A stretch of DNA of 64,000 nt from Calditrichia bacterium (lineage in GTDB: Bacteria > Calditrichota > Calditrichia > Calditrichales > J004), in the NCBI GenBank assembly GCA_026991535.1, contig JALXBH010000058.1:13037-77036 (forward strand), given 5' to 3'. Position 1 is the first letter of the stretch. Each line of letters begins with the position of its first letter. Of the stretch, positions 10,755 to 19,905 are shown in pieces. The notes beneath the pieces were generated by a model. The model was not told the origin of the DNA and did no database searches. It worked only from the letters and a program-made list of their open reading frames with translations. The translations under genes and the position numbers were made by a program.

Positions 10755-11429
10755 ATGAAGAAAGCATTATTTATATTGGCAGCCCTGTTGTTCATCAGGC
10801 CCATAAGCGCACAGGAGTATGAACTCAATGCCGATTTGGTAAGCCGCTATATCTGGCGGGGGATTGAGCTGGCCAACGGAGCCAGCATCCAGCCGGCCTT
10901 CGGCTTCAGTTACGGTGATTTCAGCGCCGGAACCTGGGCCTCTTATGCCTTGTCGCCCCAGGCCGCAGGAGGGGATGAGCATGACTTTTGGGCTTCGTAT
11001 GCCTTTGGCAGTTTTTCACTCACCATGACCGACTACTACTTTCCCAACGGGGCCAATAACGATATTTTTGATTTTTCCAATAACGGGCAGGGCGCCCATG
11101 TGCTGGAGGCGGCCCTGGGTTTTGACGGCGGCGAGGATTTTCCGCTGACGGTTCTTTTGGCGGCCAATATCTACAATGACCCGGATAATTCCCTCTATCT
11201 GGAGCTGGGTTGGCAGACGGCTTCCGGAGTGGGTTTTGTTGCCGGTTTCGCCCGGGGAAACAGCACCTGGTACGCCGTTTCCAATCCCGGTATACGGGCC
11301 ATAAACATGGGTGTAAGCTATACCCGGGAACTCAAGTTGTATGAAGGATACGGGATACCCCTCACGGGCCAGGTTATATTTAACCCCAGTTTAAAAATGA
11401 GTTATTTTGTTGTGGGACTTTCCCTGTAA
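10755..11429 (+). CDS. small outer-membrane beta-barrel, TorF/Gcw_chp-like
   Basis: AGGAGG RBS. Signal peptide ...IRPISAQE. SRYIWRGIELANGASIQPAFGFSYGDFSAGTWASY resembles TorF-family putative porins. Lies 9 nt after the MCP stop. Confidence 0.5.
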   Translation: MKKALFILAALLFIRPISAQEYELNADLVSRYIWRGIELANGASIQPAFGFSYGDFSAGTWASYALSPQAAGGDEHDFWASYAFGSFSLTMTDYYFPNGANNDIFDFSNNGQGAHVLEAALGFDGGEDFPLTVLLAANIYNDPDNSLYLELGWQTASGVGFVAGFARGNSTWYAVSNPGIRAINMGVSYTRELKLYEGYGIPLTGQVIFNPSLKMSYFVVGLSL

Positions 11430-11442
11430 GTTGCCAGTAAAT

Positions 11443-11483
11443 ATATCCGTCGTCTTTAACGGACGGCGGATATTTATATTTTT
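11443..11483 (+). terminator. rho-independent terminator
   Basis: 12-bp stem atatccgtcgtc (11443-11454) pairs with gacggcggatat (11462-11473) with one G-U pair, followed by a T-rich tail ttatattttt. Confidence 0.6.
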
Positions 11484-11549
11484 CCGCCGATTTTACTTCT
11501 CCCCGCTGTTTTCCACTTCTGTTTTTTTTATATTAGCCGCGCATCGGAT

Positions 11550-11831
11550 ATGTATAAACCGGAAAAGATCATGATACGCCTGAATAATTTCATGCCCAAT
11601 ATCGAATACCCGCTTCAATGGAAGTACAGTATTATCGGTCGCAGCCTGGAGCGCATCGATAAGGCCGTGCGGGAGGTAGTAGACCGGGAGTACACCCTGC
11701 AATTCTCCCACATCAGTTCGCGGGGAACTTACCAAAGCTTTATTCTGCTGGTGGAGGTGGAGAGCGAGGAGATGCGCGAAAGTATTTTTTACGATCTTAA
11801 AAAGCACAGGGATATTTTGCACGTGTTGTAA
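11550..11831 (+). CDS. DUF493/YbeD-like small protein
   Basis: 93 aa. IEYPLQWKYSIIGRS and the later FILLVEVES pattern resemble the YbeD (UPF0250) fold family. Confidence 0.45.
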   Translation: MYKPEKIMIRLNNFMPNIEYPLQWKYSIIGRSLERIDKAVREVVDREYTLQFSHISSRGTYQSFILLVEVESEEMRESIFYDLKKHRDILHVL

Positions 11832-11838
11832 CTCCGGC

Positions 11839-11870
11839 AACCCTCCGGGTCATTAAGACCCGGAAGGTTT
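11839..11870. repeat. palindromic hairpin element, copy A
   Basis: aaccctccgggtc-attaa-gacccggaaggttt. A second copy is at 49466..49497 (see findings). Confidence 0.6.
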
Positions 11871-11958
11871 AAGAGTACCGTTCCATATTGTCCGATCCCG
11901 GCCCCTTGCGTTAAGTCCCTGCCACCCTCACCGAAAATAGAGATAAAAACGGTGAATC

Positions 11959-13173
11959 GTGAATCGTATTGCTTCTCTGCTCAACAGTGCCCTGCTCAGC
12001 TATGTGGTCTTCATCATGCTCTTTATCACCTTTTTTCCCTTCGACTATCACTGGCCGTCCTCCTTTTCCGTCAATACCTATTGGAAGGCACAGGAGAGCC
12101 TGCAAAATATTTTTTTCTTTATACCCTTTGGCTATCTGCTCGCCTCCTTATTAAAAACTTCCGTAAGACAAACACTGTATATAAGCGTGATATGCGGCTT
12201 TTTCCTCAGTCTGTTTATCGAACTCAATCAGATATTTATCGTGGATCGTTACAGCAGTCCCATCGACCTTTTTAACAACAGCGTTGGGGCGTTGGCCGGA
12301 GCGGCTTTTTTCCTTGCCCTGAAACGGCTTAGCGCCCTGAGGAAGTATGGGGGGCGATTGCTGGATATCCCGCTGATGAACCTGGTGCTGATGCTGATCC
12401 CCCTGCTATGGCTTAATGCCGTCGGCAGCGGGCATGATGTGCGCCGCCTGTGGCTGGCCTTTTTGCTGGCCTTTATCGCCTTGTATATTATGGTGGCCAT
12501 CTATCTTTACGGAGGGCGGGGGATTTACTCCTTAAAACGTGGCCATCTGCTGCGGGTGTATACTGTTTGGTACGCGATTTCATTTTTGCCGGAGCTGCTC
12601 TATTTTCCCGGACGGGTACTTGCTTTTTATCTGCTGCAAATGATTTTCATGTGGCTGCTGCTGCACCTCGGCGCCAGGGGGGAAAGGCGGGAGCAGCGTT
12701 ATGAACTGCCAACCCTTAAAACCGTTACGCCGCTGTTTTTGCTTTATCTGTTACTGGTGGCGCTATGGCCCTTGCGGGGCATGCAAGGGCAGTTTGAGTT
12801 CGAAGTGCTGGGTGCTTTGTTTCGCCGGGATACCTCGCTGGCCTTTATCTTTTCGCAGATAGAGTATTTTGCCGCCTTTGCCCTGGCCGGCTTCATGGCG
12901 GCCCAAATCCTTAACCGTTATGATTTTAAGGCATGGAAACATTTTACGTTGATTCTGCTTATGGCCGTCCTGATGGAGTTGCCAAGGGGCTTTCACGGTT
13001 TGCATTCGGCCAACCTGACCCATATTTTTCTGGCCGTGTTCAACGGCACCTTTGGCGCATTGATCTACTTTTTAAACCTGAGCGCTTATTTGGAGGAGCA
13101 ACATCGTGGAAATTTGCGCAAGGACCGCCGACTTCTGGAGAAATGGCGCATGGAAAAAGAACCCCAAATGTGA
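11959..13173 (+). CDS. VanZ-like membrane protein with extended multi-TM C-terminal region
   Basis: N-terminal VanZ features (FFFIPFGYLL ... IELNQIFIVDRYSSPIDLFNNSVGALAG) are followed by about 8 more hydrophobic segments. The start is GTG at 11959. Confidence 0.6.
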   Translation: MNRIASLLNSALLSYVVFIMLFITFFPFDYHWPSSFSVNTYWKAQESLQNIFFFIPFGYLLASLLKTSVRQTLYISVICGFFLSLFIELNQIFIVDRYSSPIDLFNNSVGALAGAAFFLALKRLSALRKYGGRLLDIPLMNLVLMLIPLLWLNAVGSGHDVRRLWLAFLLAFIALYIMVAIYLYGGRGIYSLKRGHLLRVYTVWYAISFLPELLYFPGRVLAFYLLQMIFMWLLLHLGARGERREQRYELPTLKTVTPLFLLYLLLVALWPLRGMQGQFEFEVLGALFRRDTSLAFIFSQIEYFAAFALAGFMAAQILNRYDFKAWKHFTLILLMAVLMELPRGFHGLHSANLTHIFLAVFNGTFGALIYFLNLSAYLEEQHRGNLRKDRRLLEKWRMEKEPQM

Positions 13174-13297
13174 AAAATATGTGCTAACTTGTTGTTTTTT
13201 CGTTTGTTTTTATCCCTTATATTAAAAGATTGACAAAGTTAAGCCGAATAGCAAACCAGCTAAAGAGGCGCAAACCATCACAATTACAAGGCAATTA

Positions 13298-16027
13298 ATG
13301 GAAGACTTTTCTTTTATCAGTAACGCGCATCCTCAATATATCGAGCAGATGTACCGTACCTATCTCGAAGACCCTTCCCGCGTGGAAGAGAGTTGGCGTA
13401 TCTTCTTTAAAGGGTATCAATTTGCCGGAGAGGGCGGAGATTCAGCCCCGGCGGATACGGGCAGCCGGCCCAGTGAAAGCGCCCTGAAGGAATTTGCCGT
13501 GATCAACCTGATCAACGCCTACCGTCAGCGCGGTCACCTGTTTACCAAAACCAACCCGGTAAGAGAACGCCGAAAATACCGGCCCACCCTGGCTCTGGAA
13601 AACTTCAATCTCTCTCAGGATGACCTGGACGAGATGTTCCATGCCGGTAGTGAGATCGGCCTGGGACGCACCACGTTGAGGAACATCCTTGAGCATCTGG
13701 AGGAGACCTACTGCAAATCCATAGGCGCGGAGTATATGTTTATCCGCGTTCCGGAAAAGGCCCGCTGGCTGAGGGAACGTATGGAAAGCACCCGCAACCG
13801 GCCCAATTGCAGCATTGAGGAGAAAAAACGCATTCTGCAAAAGCTGAATGAAGCGGTGGTTTTTGAAAAATTCCTGCATACCAAGTACGTGGGGCAAAAG
13901 CGTTTTTCCATGCAGGGGGGCGAAACGCTGATCCCCGGTTTAAACACCATTATAGAGCATGGCGCGGATCTGGGCCTGGAGGAGATCATCATCGGCACGG
14001 CTCACCGCGGGCGGCTGAATCTGCTGGCCAATATCCTGCAAAAGCGCTATGAGGATATCTTTTCCGAGTTTGAAGGCGAGGAGTTCTCCGACGCGGTCTT
14101 TTCCGGTGATGTGAAGTATCATCTGGGCTATTCCAGTGATGTGCGCACCTATAATAACAAAAAGGTGCGCGTCAACCTGGCGCCCAACCCCTCCCATTTG
14201 GAGGCGGTCAATCCTGTTGTGGGCGGCATGGTTAAGTCCAAGCTGGATCATGTCTATCACGGGGATGAGAATAAAATTGCTCCCGTTTTTATCCACGGCG
14301 ATGCGGCTATTGCCGGGCAGGGCGTGGCCTATGAGCTTATTCAAATGTCCCTGCTGGACGGTTACCGTACGGGTGGGGCCATTCATATCGTGGTCAATAA
14401 TCAGATCGGTTTTACCACCAACTACCTGCAGGCCCGTTCCAGCACCTATTGTACCGATGTGGCCAAGGTGACGCTTTCTCCCGTGTTCCATGTGAACGCC
14501 GATGACGCCGAGGCGGTGGTGCTGACCATGAAGATGGCCATGGAATACCGCCAAAAATTTCACACCGATGTTTTTATCGATCTGCTGGGTTACCGCCGTT
14601 ACGGCCATAATGAGGGCGACGAGCCGCGTTTCACCCAGCCTAAACTTTACTCCACCATCGCCAAACACCCCGACGCCCGGGAGATATATAACAAAAAGTT
14701 GCTGGAATCGGGCAGCGTGGAAAGGGACCTGGCCCGGGAGATGGAAAAGGAATTTAAGCACACTCTGCAGGAAAAACTGGAGATGGTGCGTGCGCAAAAA
14801 CTGGAGGAAATGGAGCATCCGCCGGATTTTACCGAGCCCTGCGATCTTAAGCAGAGGGAACACGACCACCGCTTTGAGCCGGTGCCCTCCACCCGTTTTC
14901 CCAAGGATAAGCTGATCGCCCTTGGCAAGAGGGTTTTTACCCTGCCCGGGGAGTACAACTTTTTTAATAAAATACGCAAGCTTTATGATGACCGCCTGAA
15001 ACGGCTGACGGAAAGCAACAGCCTGGATTGGGCCTGCGCCGAGTTTTTGGCCTACGGCAGCCTGGCCTACGAGGGCCATCCCGTGCGCCTGAGCGGGCAG
15101 GACTCCGAGCGTGGAACCTTTTCTCATCGTCACGCCGTTGTGCGCGACGAGGTGACCGAGGAAATCTATCTTCCGCTGAATCACGTCAGTGATAATCAGG
15201 CCTATTGCCGCGTGTTTAACTCCCTGCTCTCCGAATACGGCGAAATGGGCTTTGAATACGGTTATGCCTGCGCCACGCCCCATGGGCTGAATATCTGGGA
15301 AGCGCAGTTCGGCGACTTTGTCAACGGCGCGCAGATTATCATCGATCAGTTCCTTTCCTCCAGCGAGGCCAAGTGGCAGCGCACCAACGGTCTGGTGCTC
15401 TATCTGCCCCACGGTTACGAAGGGCAGGGGCCGGAACACTCCAATGCCCGCATCGAGCGTTTTTTACAGCTTTCGGCCAATGAGAACTGGCGGGTATGCC
15501 TGCCCACCACCCCGGCCAATTTCTTTCATCTGTTGCGCTCGCAGGTTAAATATCCTTTCCGCGCGCCGCTGATTGTTTTTACGCCCAAGGTGCTGCTGCG
15601 CCATCCGCAATGTGTGAGCACGGTGGAAGAGCTGGCGGAAGGCGGTTTTGAGACGGTCATCGGCGATAGCGTGGCCAAGGCCCCGCGCGTGAAACGGGTG
15701 CTGTTGTGCAGCGGTAAAATCTATTATGAACTGGATGCCCGCCGCCGGGAGGAAAAACGGGAGGATGTAGCCATTATCCGTGTGGAGCAGCTTTACCCCT
15801 TCCCCGAAGAGGAGATTGAAAGAAAATTAAAGAGCTATAAAAAACTGGAAGAGGTGATTTGGGTGCAGGAAGAGCCGGAAAACTACGGCGCCTGGCCTTT
15901 TTACCGTGTATGGTTCAATCGCCCGGTACGGGGCATAAGTCGCAAGGCCTCTTCGGTGCCGGCCACGGGTTTCCATAAACAGCATCAGATAGAGCAGAAG
16001 GACATCCTGGACAGGGCCTTTGCCTGA
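13298..16027 (+). CDS. sucA: 2-oxoglutarate dehydrogenase E1 component
   Basis: 909 aa. NAYRQRGHLFTKTNP, HRGRLNLLANIL, FIHGDAAIAGQGVAYE, GYRRYGHNEGDEPRFTQP and LYLPHGYEGQGPEHSNARIERFLQ are all canonical SucA blocks. Confidence 0.95.
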   Translation: MEDFSFISNAHPQYIEQMYRTYLEDPSRVEESWRIFFKGYQFAGEGGDSAPADTGSRPSESALKEFAVINLINAYRQRGHLFTKTNPVRERRKYRPTLALENFNLSQDDLDEMFHAGSEIGLGRTTLRNILEHLEETYCKSIGAEYMFIRVPEKARWLRERMESTRNRPNCSIEEKKRILQKLNEAVVFEKFLHTKYVGQKRFSMQGGETLIPGLNTIIEHGADLGLEEIIIGTAHRGRLNLLANILQKRYEDIFSEFEGEEFSDAVFSGDVKYHLGYSSDVRTYNNKKVRVNLAPNPSHLEAVNPVVGGMVKSKLDHVYHGDENKIAPVFIHGDAAIAGQGVAYELIQMSLLDGYRTGGAIHIVVNNQIGFTTNYLQARSSTYCTDVAKVTLSPVFHVNADDAEAVVLTMKMAMEYRQKFHTDVFIDLLGYRRYGHNEGDEPRFTQPKLYSTIAKHPDAREIYNKKLLESGSVERDLAREMEKEFKHTLQEKLEMVRAQKLEEMEHPPDFTEPCDLKQREHDHRFEPVPSTRFPKDKLIALGKRVFTLPGEYNFFNKIRKLYDDRLKRLTESNSLDWACAEFLAYGSLAYEGHPVRLSGQDSERGTFSHRHAVVRDEVTEEIYLPLNHVSDNQAYCRVFNSLLSEYGEMGFEYGYACATPHGLNIWEAQFGDFVNGAQIIIDQFLSSSEAKWQRTNGLVLYLPHGYEGQGPEHSNARIERFLQLSANENWRVCLPTTPANFFHLLRSQVKYPFRAPLIVFTPKVLLRHPQCVSTVEELAEGGFETVIGDSVAKAPRVKRVLLCSGKIYYELDARRREEKREDVAIIRVEQLYPFPEEEIERKLKSYKKLEEVIWVQEEPENYGAWPFYRVWFNRPVRGISRKASSVPATGFHKQHQIEQKDILDRAFA

Positions 16028-16080
16028 GGCGGAAAGAAGACACAGTGAATGATGAAATTGTAATAAAATAAGGAAACGCA

Positions 16081-17307
16081 ATGAAAATTGACGTTACGGT
16101 TCCCACCATAGGGGAATCCATTACCGAAGTAACCATGGGCGGCCGGCTGGTTGAAAACGGCGCTCATGTGGAAGAAGACGATGTTATCTGCGAGATTGAA
16201 TCGGAAAAAGCCACCGTGGAGGTGACCGCCGAAAAAAGCGGTATTATAACCTTTACGGCCGAGGAAGGCGATACGGTAGAGATAGGCGCGGTCATCGCGC
16301 ATATTGAGACCGATGGAGAAGCACCCGTCGCCGAAGGCAAGGAAGAGAAAAGTTCAGAGGAAAAGAGCGTGGCAGCGCCGCAGCCCGCGGAACAGGAGGA
16401 GGGCCCCAAGGTTTCTCCCGTGGCAGCCAATATCCTGCGGGATGCCGGCATTGACCCGGCGGCGGTTAAAGGAACCGGCGTGGGGGGACGCATCACCAAG
16501 GCAGACGCTCTGAATGCCCGGCAAGGCGCCGCGCCGGCCGCACCCGCGCCCGCGGAAAAGAAAGATATAAGCGGGGAAGCCCCCGCGCCGGCAAGCGCCG
16601 CTTTCAGCCGCAATGAAAAACGCGTGCGCATGACCACCCTGCGTAAAACCATCGCCCGCCGCCTGCTGGAGGCCAAGCACGGTACGGCCATGCTGACCAC
16701 CTTTAACGAGGTCGATCTTTCCAAAGTGAAGGAGGTACGGGCCGCCTATAAGGAGACCTTTAAAGAGAAACACGGTGTGGGCCTGGGCTTTATGTCCTTT
16801 TTTACCAAGGCCTGCACGCTGGCCCTGAAAGAGGTGCCCGGCGTTAACGCCATGATCGACGGCGATCATGTGATTTATCATGACTATGCCGATATCGGTA
16901 TCGCCGTGTCCACGGAAAAGGGACTGGTGGTTCCCGTTATCCGTAATGCCGAATCCCTTTCCCTGGCTCAGATCGAGGCGGAAGTATTGCGCCTGGCCCT
17001 GCGCGCCCGCGACGGCAAGCTGACCATCGACGAGATGACCGGAGGTACTTTTACCATTACCAATGGAGGCGTCTTCGGTTCGATGATGTCCACGCCGATC
17101 ATTAACGCGCCGCAATCGGCCATTTTAGGCATGCACGCTATCAACGACCGTCCCGTGGTGGTTAACGGCGAGATTGTTATCCGGCCCATGATGTATCTGG
17201 CCATGTCCTACGATCACCGCATTGTGGACGGTAAAGAGTCGGTGACTTTTCTGAAAATGGTTAAAGAGCTGCTGGAGGATCCGGTACGCATGTTGCTGGA
17301 CATCTGA
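16081..17307 (+). CDS. sucB: dihydrolipoyllysine-residue succinyltransferase (E2o)
   Basis: Lipoyl domain with [11 protein letters not shown]. Ala/Pro linker. E3-binding segment [31 protein letters not shown]. Catalytic end [19 protein letters not shown]. Confidence 0.95.
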   Translation: MKIDVTVPTIGESITEVTMGGRLVENGAHVEEDDVICEIESEKATVEVTAEKSGIITFTAEEGDTVEIGAVIAHIETDGEAPVAEGKEEKSSEEKSVAAPQPAEQEEGPKVSPVAANILRDAGIDPAAVKGTGVGGRITKADALNARQGAAPAAPAPAEKKDISGEAPAPASAAFSRNEKRVRMTTLRKTIARRLLEAKHGTAMLTTFNEVDLSKVKEVRAAYKETFKEKHGVGLGFMSFFTKACTLALKEVPGVNAMIDGDHVIYHDYADIGIAVSTEKGLVVPVIRNAESLSLAQIEAEVLRLALRARDGKLTIDEMTGGTFTITNGGVFGSMMSTPIINAPQSAILGMHAINDRPVVVNGEIVIRPMMYLAMSYDHRIVDGKESVTFLKMVKELLEDPVRMLLDI

Positions 17308-17330
17308 TTTGATCAATAAAGAGAAAATAA

Positions 17331-17366
17331 AAGGCTTTATCCCGTGAAAGGATAAAGCCTTTTTTA
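17331..17366. terminator. bidirectional rho-independent terminator between convergent sucB and nagB
   Basis: 12-bp perfect stem aaggctttatcc (17331-17342) pairs with ggataaagcctt (17350-17361). T-run on the + strand and A-run upstream (T-run on the - strand). A second GC hairpin cccgccgc/gcggcggg lies at 17373-17398. Confidence 0.7.
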
Positions 17367-17431
17367 TATTAGCCCGCCGCATATTAAAAGGCGGCGGGTC
17401 CGGATTCCCCAAAAGACGAAGTTCTGAAGAT

Positions 17432-19783
17432 TTACAGATTCTCCGTCTTTTTCCGAAGTTCCATGGAAGCGGAGTAAAATTCTTCCAGTTCCATAACTTT
17501 AAGGTAAACAAAGCCGCGTGTGGAACGGATACGCGAATCTTCATTACGATAGAAATAATCGCGGCCCAGCAGCTTTTTCATTGTCTGATACTGTTCCACT
17601 TGTATTTTTTGCGCCAGGCCGCTAAAAGGTCCGTCAAATTCATAACTGGGGAAGGAGGCCTCCCGTTGGGAACCGAAAGCATTCATAAAGGCGTGATCCA
17701 GAATGGCGCGGGTGTTGTGGGTCACCGGCACAAACAGGTTGGCCTCGCTGGGATGGTAACGATACCACACGTTGCGGTAGCCCCAGATTTTTATATCGGT
17801 TTTTCCCGTTTTTTCCACGTACAGCTTTAGGGCTTCGGTGACGGCCTGTAACACCTTGTAGTGGGTATCCGGCCCGCTGCCTTCGGGGTCAAAGGCCACG
17901 CTGATCACATCGGGATTGATCTTCTCCAGAAGGGCCAGTACCGGCTTCACATCGCGCTCGATGGTCGGCTCTTCGGTAAAGATATCGCCCTTGTAAAAAC
18001 CAAGGCGGGAATGGATGACCGACTCGGTGGAAAAGCCGAAATAGCCCCACAGGATATCCGCTTCCCACTCGCGGGTCATGCCCTTAAGCTGTTGGATGTA
18101 GGGCAGATCTTTTTTCCCCGGATACTGCGTTTTAAAGTAGTTGATCAGTTCCTGCATGCGGTATTCCAGATTGGTCAGATCATCCTCATCGAAAATGGCC
18201 ACCAGGTTGCGGATAAGACGACGGGCACAACCCTCGCGCATAAAAGATTCGCTGTTGGCGGCCACACCATCCAGGTACTGATACATGTCACGATCGCGGA
18301 AGGTACGATTGGACGGGTCGAAATAACCCTCTTCCAGCATTTTTTGGAAGTGGGGCGTTCCCAGATGCCACAGGGCATTTTCCACCTCTTTGAGCATAAA
18401 TTTGTTGGTCACGGCATTGAAGCCGCTGGTCAGATAGTTGAAGTAGTGACGGTTGCTGCCTTCGCGCATCAGGCGCACCAGATAGGGCAGGTAGCCCAGC
18501 ATAATATCATCATGATGGGGCGCGGTATGCAGGATCGTCAGATTCCTGGGAATATCCAGCGACTTTTGGATGCGTTCCTTAAAAGTAGTTTTCACCTGCT
18601 GTACCAGTTCTTCCACGCTGCGTCCGGTGCGCTCCAAAAGCAGCTTGCTGGAACGGACGTTGTTGAAGTCGGTTTTGGTCAATTGGTGTAGCTGTTTGTT
18701 TTTATAAAGAGCCAGATCGGTAACGATGCCTTCGATCTGTTCATTATCGATGGTTTTCATCTGTTGGCGGTAAAAGTAGCGTCGTTCATTAAGCAGCTTG
18801 GCCGCCCCTTTGGTGATGAAAAAGCGGGCGTTGGGCAGCGCCTGCAGGCTGGAAGCAGGCACCTGGTTGCTCAACCCGGATTGAATGGCGTCTTTGATAA
18901 CCTTGGCCTTGGCCTCGCCGGCGGCGATGATCAGGGCCGTGGCATTGGAATTCCAGGTGATGGTGCGCAGACCGATGGTGATCACCAGACGGTTGCGGGA
19001 AACTTCAATGCCCCCTAAATCCGATGCGGCGGCGGCTTGTGTTTCGTAGTTGGTGGGCGTTAGCCGGGTGGTGCTGTAGTGATCCGATCCGCGCACATTA
19101 AAGCCGATATGCCCGTCGGGTCCTATACCGCCAAGGAAAAAGCCGATACCGCCCATTTGGCGTATCTTGTTCTCATATTCCGTGCAAAACTGATCCACGG
19201 CATCCAGCACCCGTTTTTGCTTTTCTTCCAGGGGCGTGCGCGGCAGGCGCAGGCGCAGTCCCAGGTCTACCTTTTGTTCCGGCCAGACCTCATCCAGGGT
19301 CTCATTATCCTTTAAGCCGATGGTATTGGGGTTGATTAACAGCGCCTTTTTGGGGTCAAAGCCAAAACCCTTAAGGTAAAATTTATTGACGTAGTAATAA
19401 AAACTGTTGTGCTGACTGGAATTGATGGGATAGAATTCATCAATCTGAACAAAGGAGAAGCTGTCCATTTTGGGGAAGACCGCCGGGTCCACGCCGCCTT
19501 CCTCCAGTATTTTTTGTGCTTTTTTATCGTTCCAGTTGGTCAGCAGGTAGTTGACCCATTTAATAAAGTGTTCGGGTGTTTTTCCCGTGGGCAGAGAAAC
19601 CACGGCGCCGGGATTTTGCTGGGCCCATTCGATAAAACGCAGGGCGGTCAGGCGTCCCAGGGTGGGGAAGTTCTCCACGATGATGGTAGGTATTTTTTCG
19701 GTCGGCCGGTATATCAGTTCCATGCCGCTTTGCGCGCGGGCTGTTTCTTCCACGCGGGAGATGTTGACTTTTTTCTTTGCCAT
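17432..19783 (-). CDS. nagB: long-form glucosamine-6-phosphate deaminase fused to an LmbE/PIG-L-type deacetylase domain
   Basis: N-terminal NagB/6-PGL fold (SLPTGKTPEHF, GGIGPDGHIGFN). Central HTAPHHDDIMLGY is the PIG-L/LmbE AHPDDE-type metal motif. 783 aa. Confidence 0.85.
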   Translation of the reverse strand: MAKKKVNISRVEETARAQSGMELIYRPTEKIPTIIVENFPTLGRLTALRFIEWAQQNPGAVVSLPTGKTPEHFIKWVNYLLTNWNDKKAQKILEEGGVDPAVFPKMDSFSFVQIDEFYPINSSQHNSFYYYVNKFYLKGFGFDPKKALLINPNTIGLKDNETLDEVWPEQKVDLGLRLRLPRTPLEEKQKRVLDAVDQFCTEYENKIRQMGGIGFFLGGIGPDGHIGFNVRGSDHYSTTRLTPTNYETQAAAASDLGGIEVSRNRLVITIGLRTITWNSNATALIIAAGEAKAKVIKDAIQSGLSNQVPASSLQALPNARFFITKGAAKLLNERRYFYRQQMKTIDNEQIEGIVTDLALYKNKQLHQLTKTDFNNVRSSKLLLERTGRSVEELVQQVKTTFKERIQKSLDIPRNLTILHTAPHHDDIMLGYLPYLVRLMREGSNRHYFNYLTSGFNAVTNKFMLKEVENALWHLGTPHFQKMLEEGYFDPSNRTFRDRDMYQYLDGVAANSESFMREGCARRLIRNLVAIFDEDDLTNLEYRMQELINYFKTQYPGKKDLPYIQQLKGMTREWEADILWGYFGFSTESVIHSRLGFYKGDIFTEEPTIERDVKPVLALLEKINPDVISVAFDPEGSGPDTHYKVLQAVTEALKLYVEKTGKTDIKIWGYRNVWYRYHPSEANLFVPVTHNTRAILDHAFMNAFGSQREASFPSYEFDGPFSGLAQKIQVEQYQTMKKLLGRDYFYRNEDSRIRSTRGFVYLKVMELEEFYSASMELRKKTENL

Positions 19784-19905
19784 AAAATCCTCGAATCAGG
19801 TTAGTTCGGAGTCCTAACTTACGTATATTATTGTATTGTTGCAATCTCTCTTTTCAGGATAAGTACATTCCGGTGAGCGGTTACCCGTACGGGGCCGAAA
19901 ATTTT

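Noticed and set aside
13940-15439. 499-aa ORF antisense to sucA. Similar long antisense ORFs occur at 1965-3107, 23886-25205, 32288-33388, 35345-36364, 37113-38390, 41920-42990, 46067-47317, 52886-54379 and 59944-61068.
   Set aside because: Each lies entirely opposite a gene with unmistakable family motifs (sucA, USP, eno, dinG, ndh, the molybdoenzyme and others). Their translations are low-complexity and rich in G/H/R/V/L, with no recognisable motifs or RBS. Long stop-free antisense frames are expected when the sense codon usage avoids TTA/CTA/TCA. I treat them as shadow ORFs.
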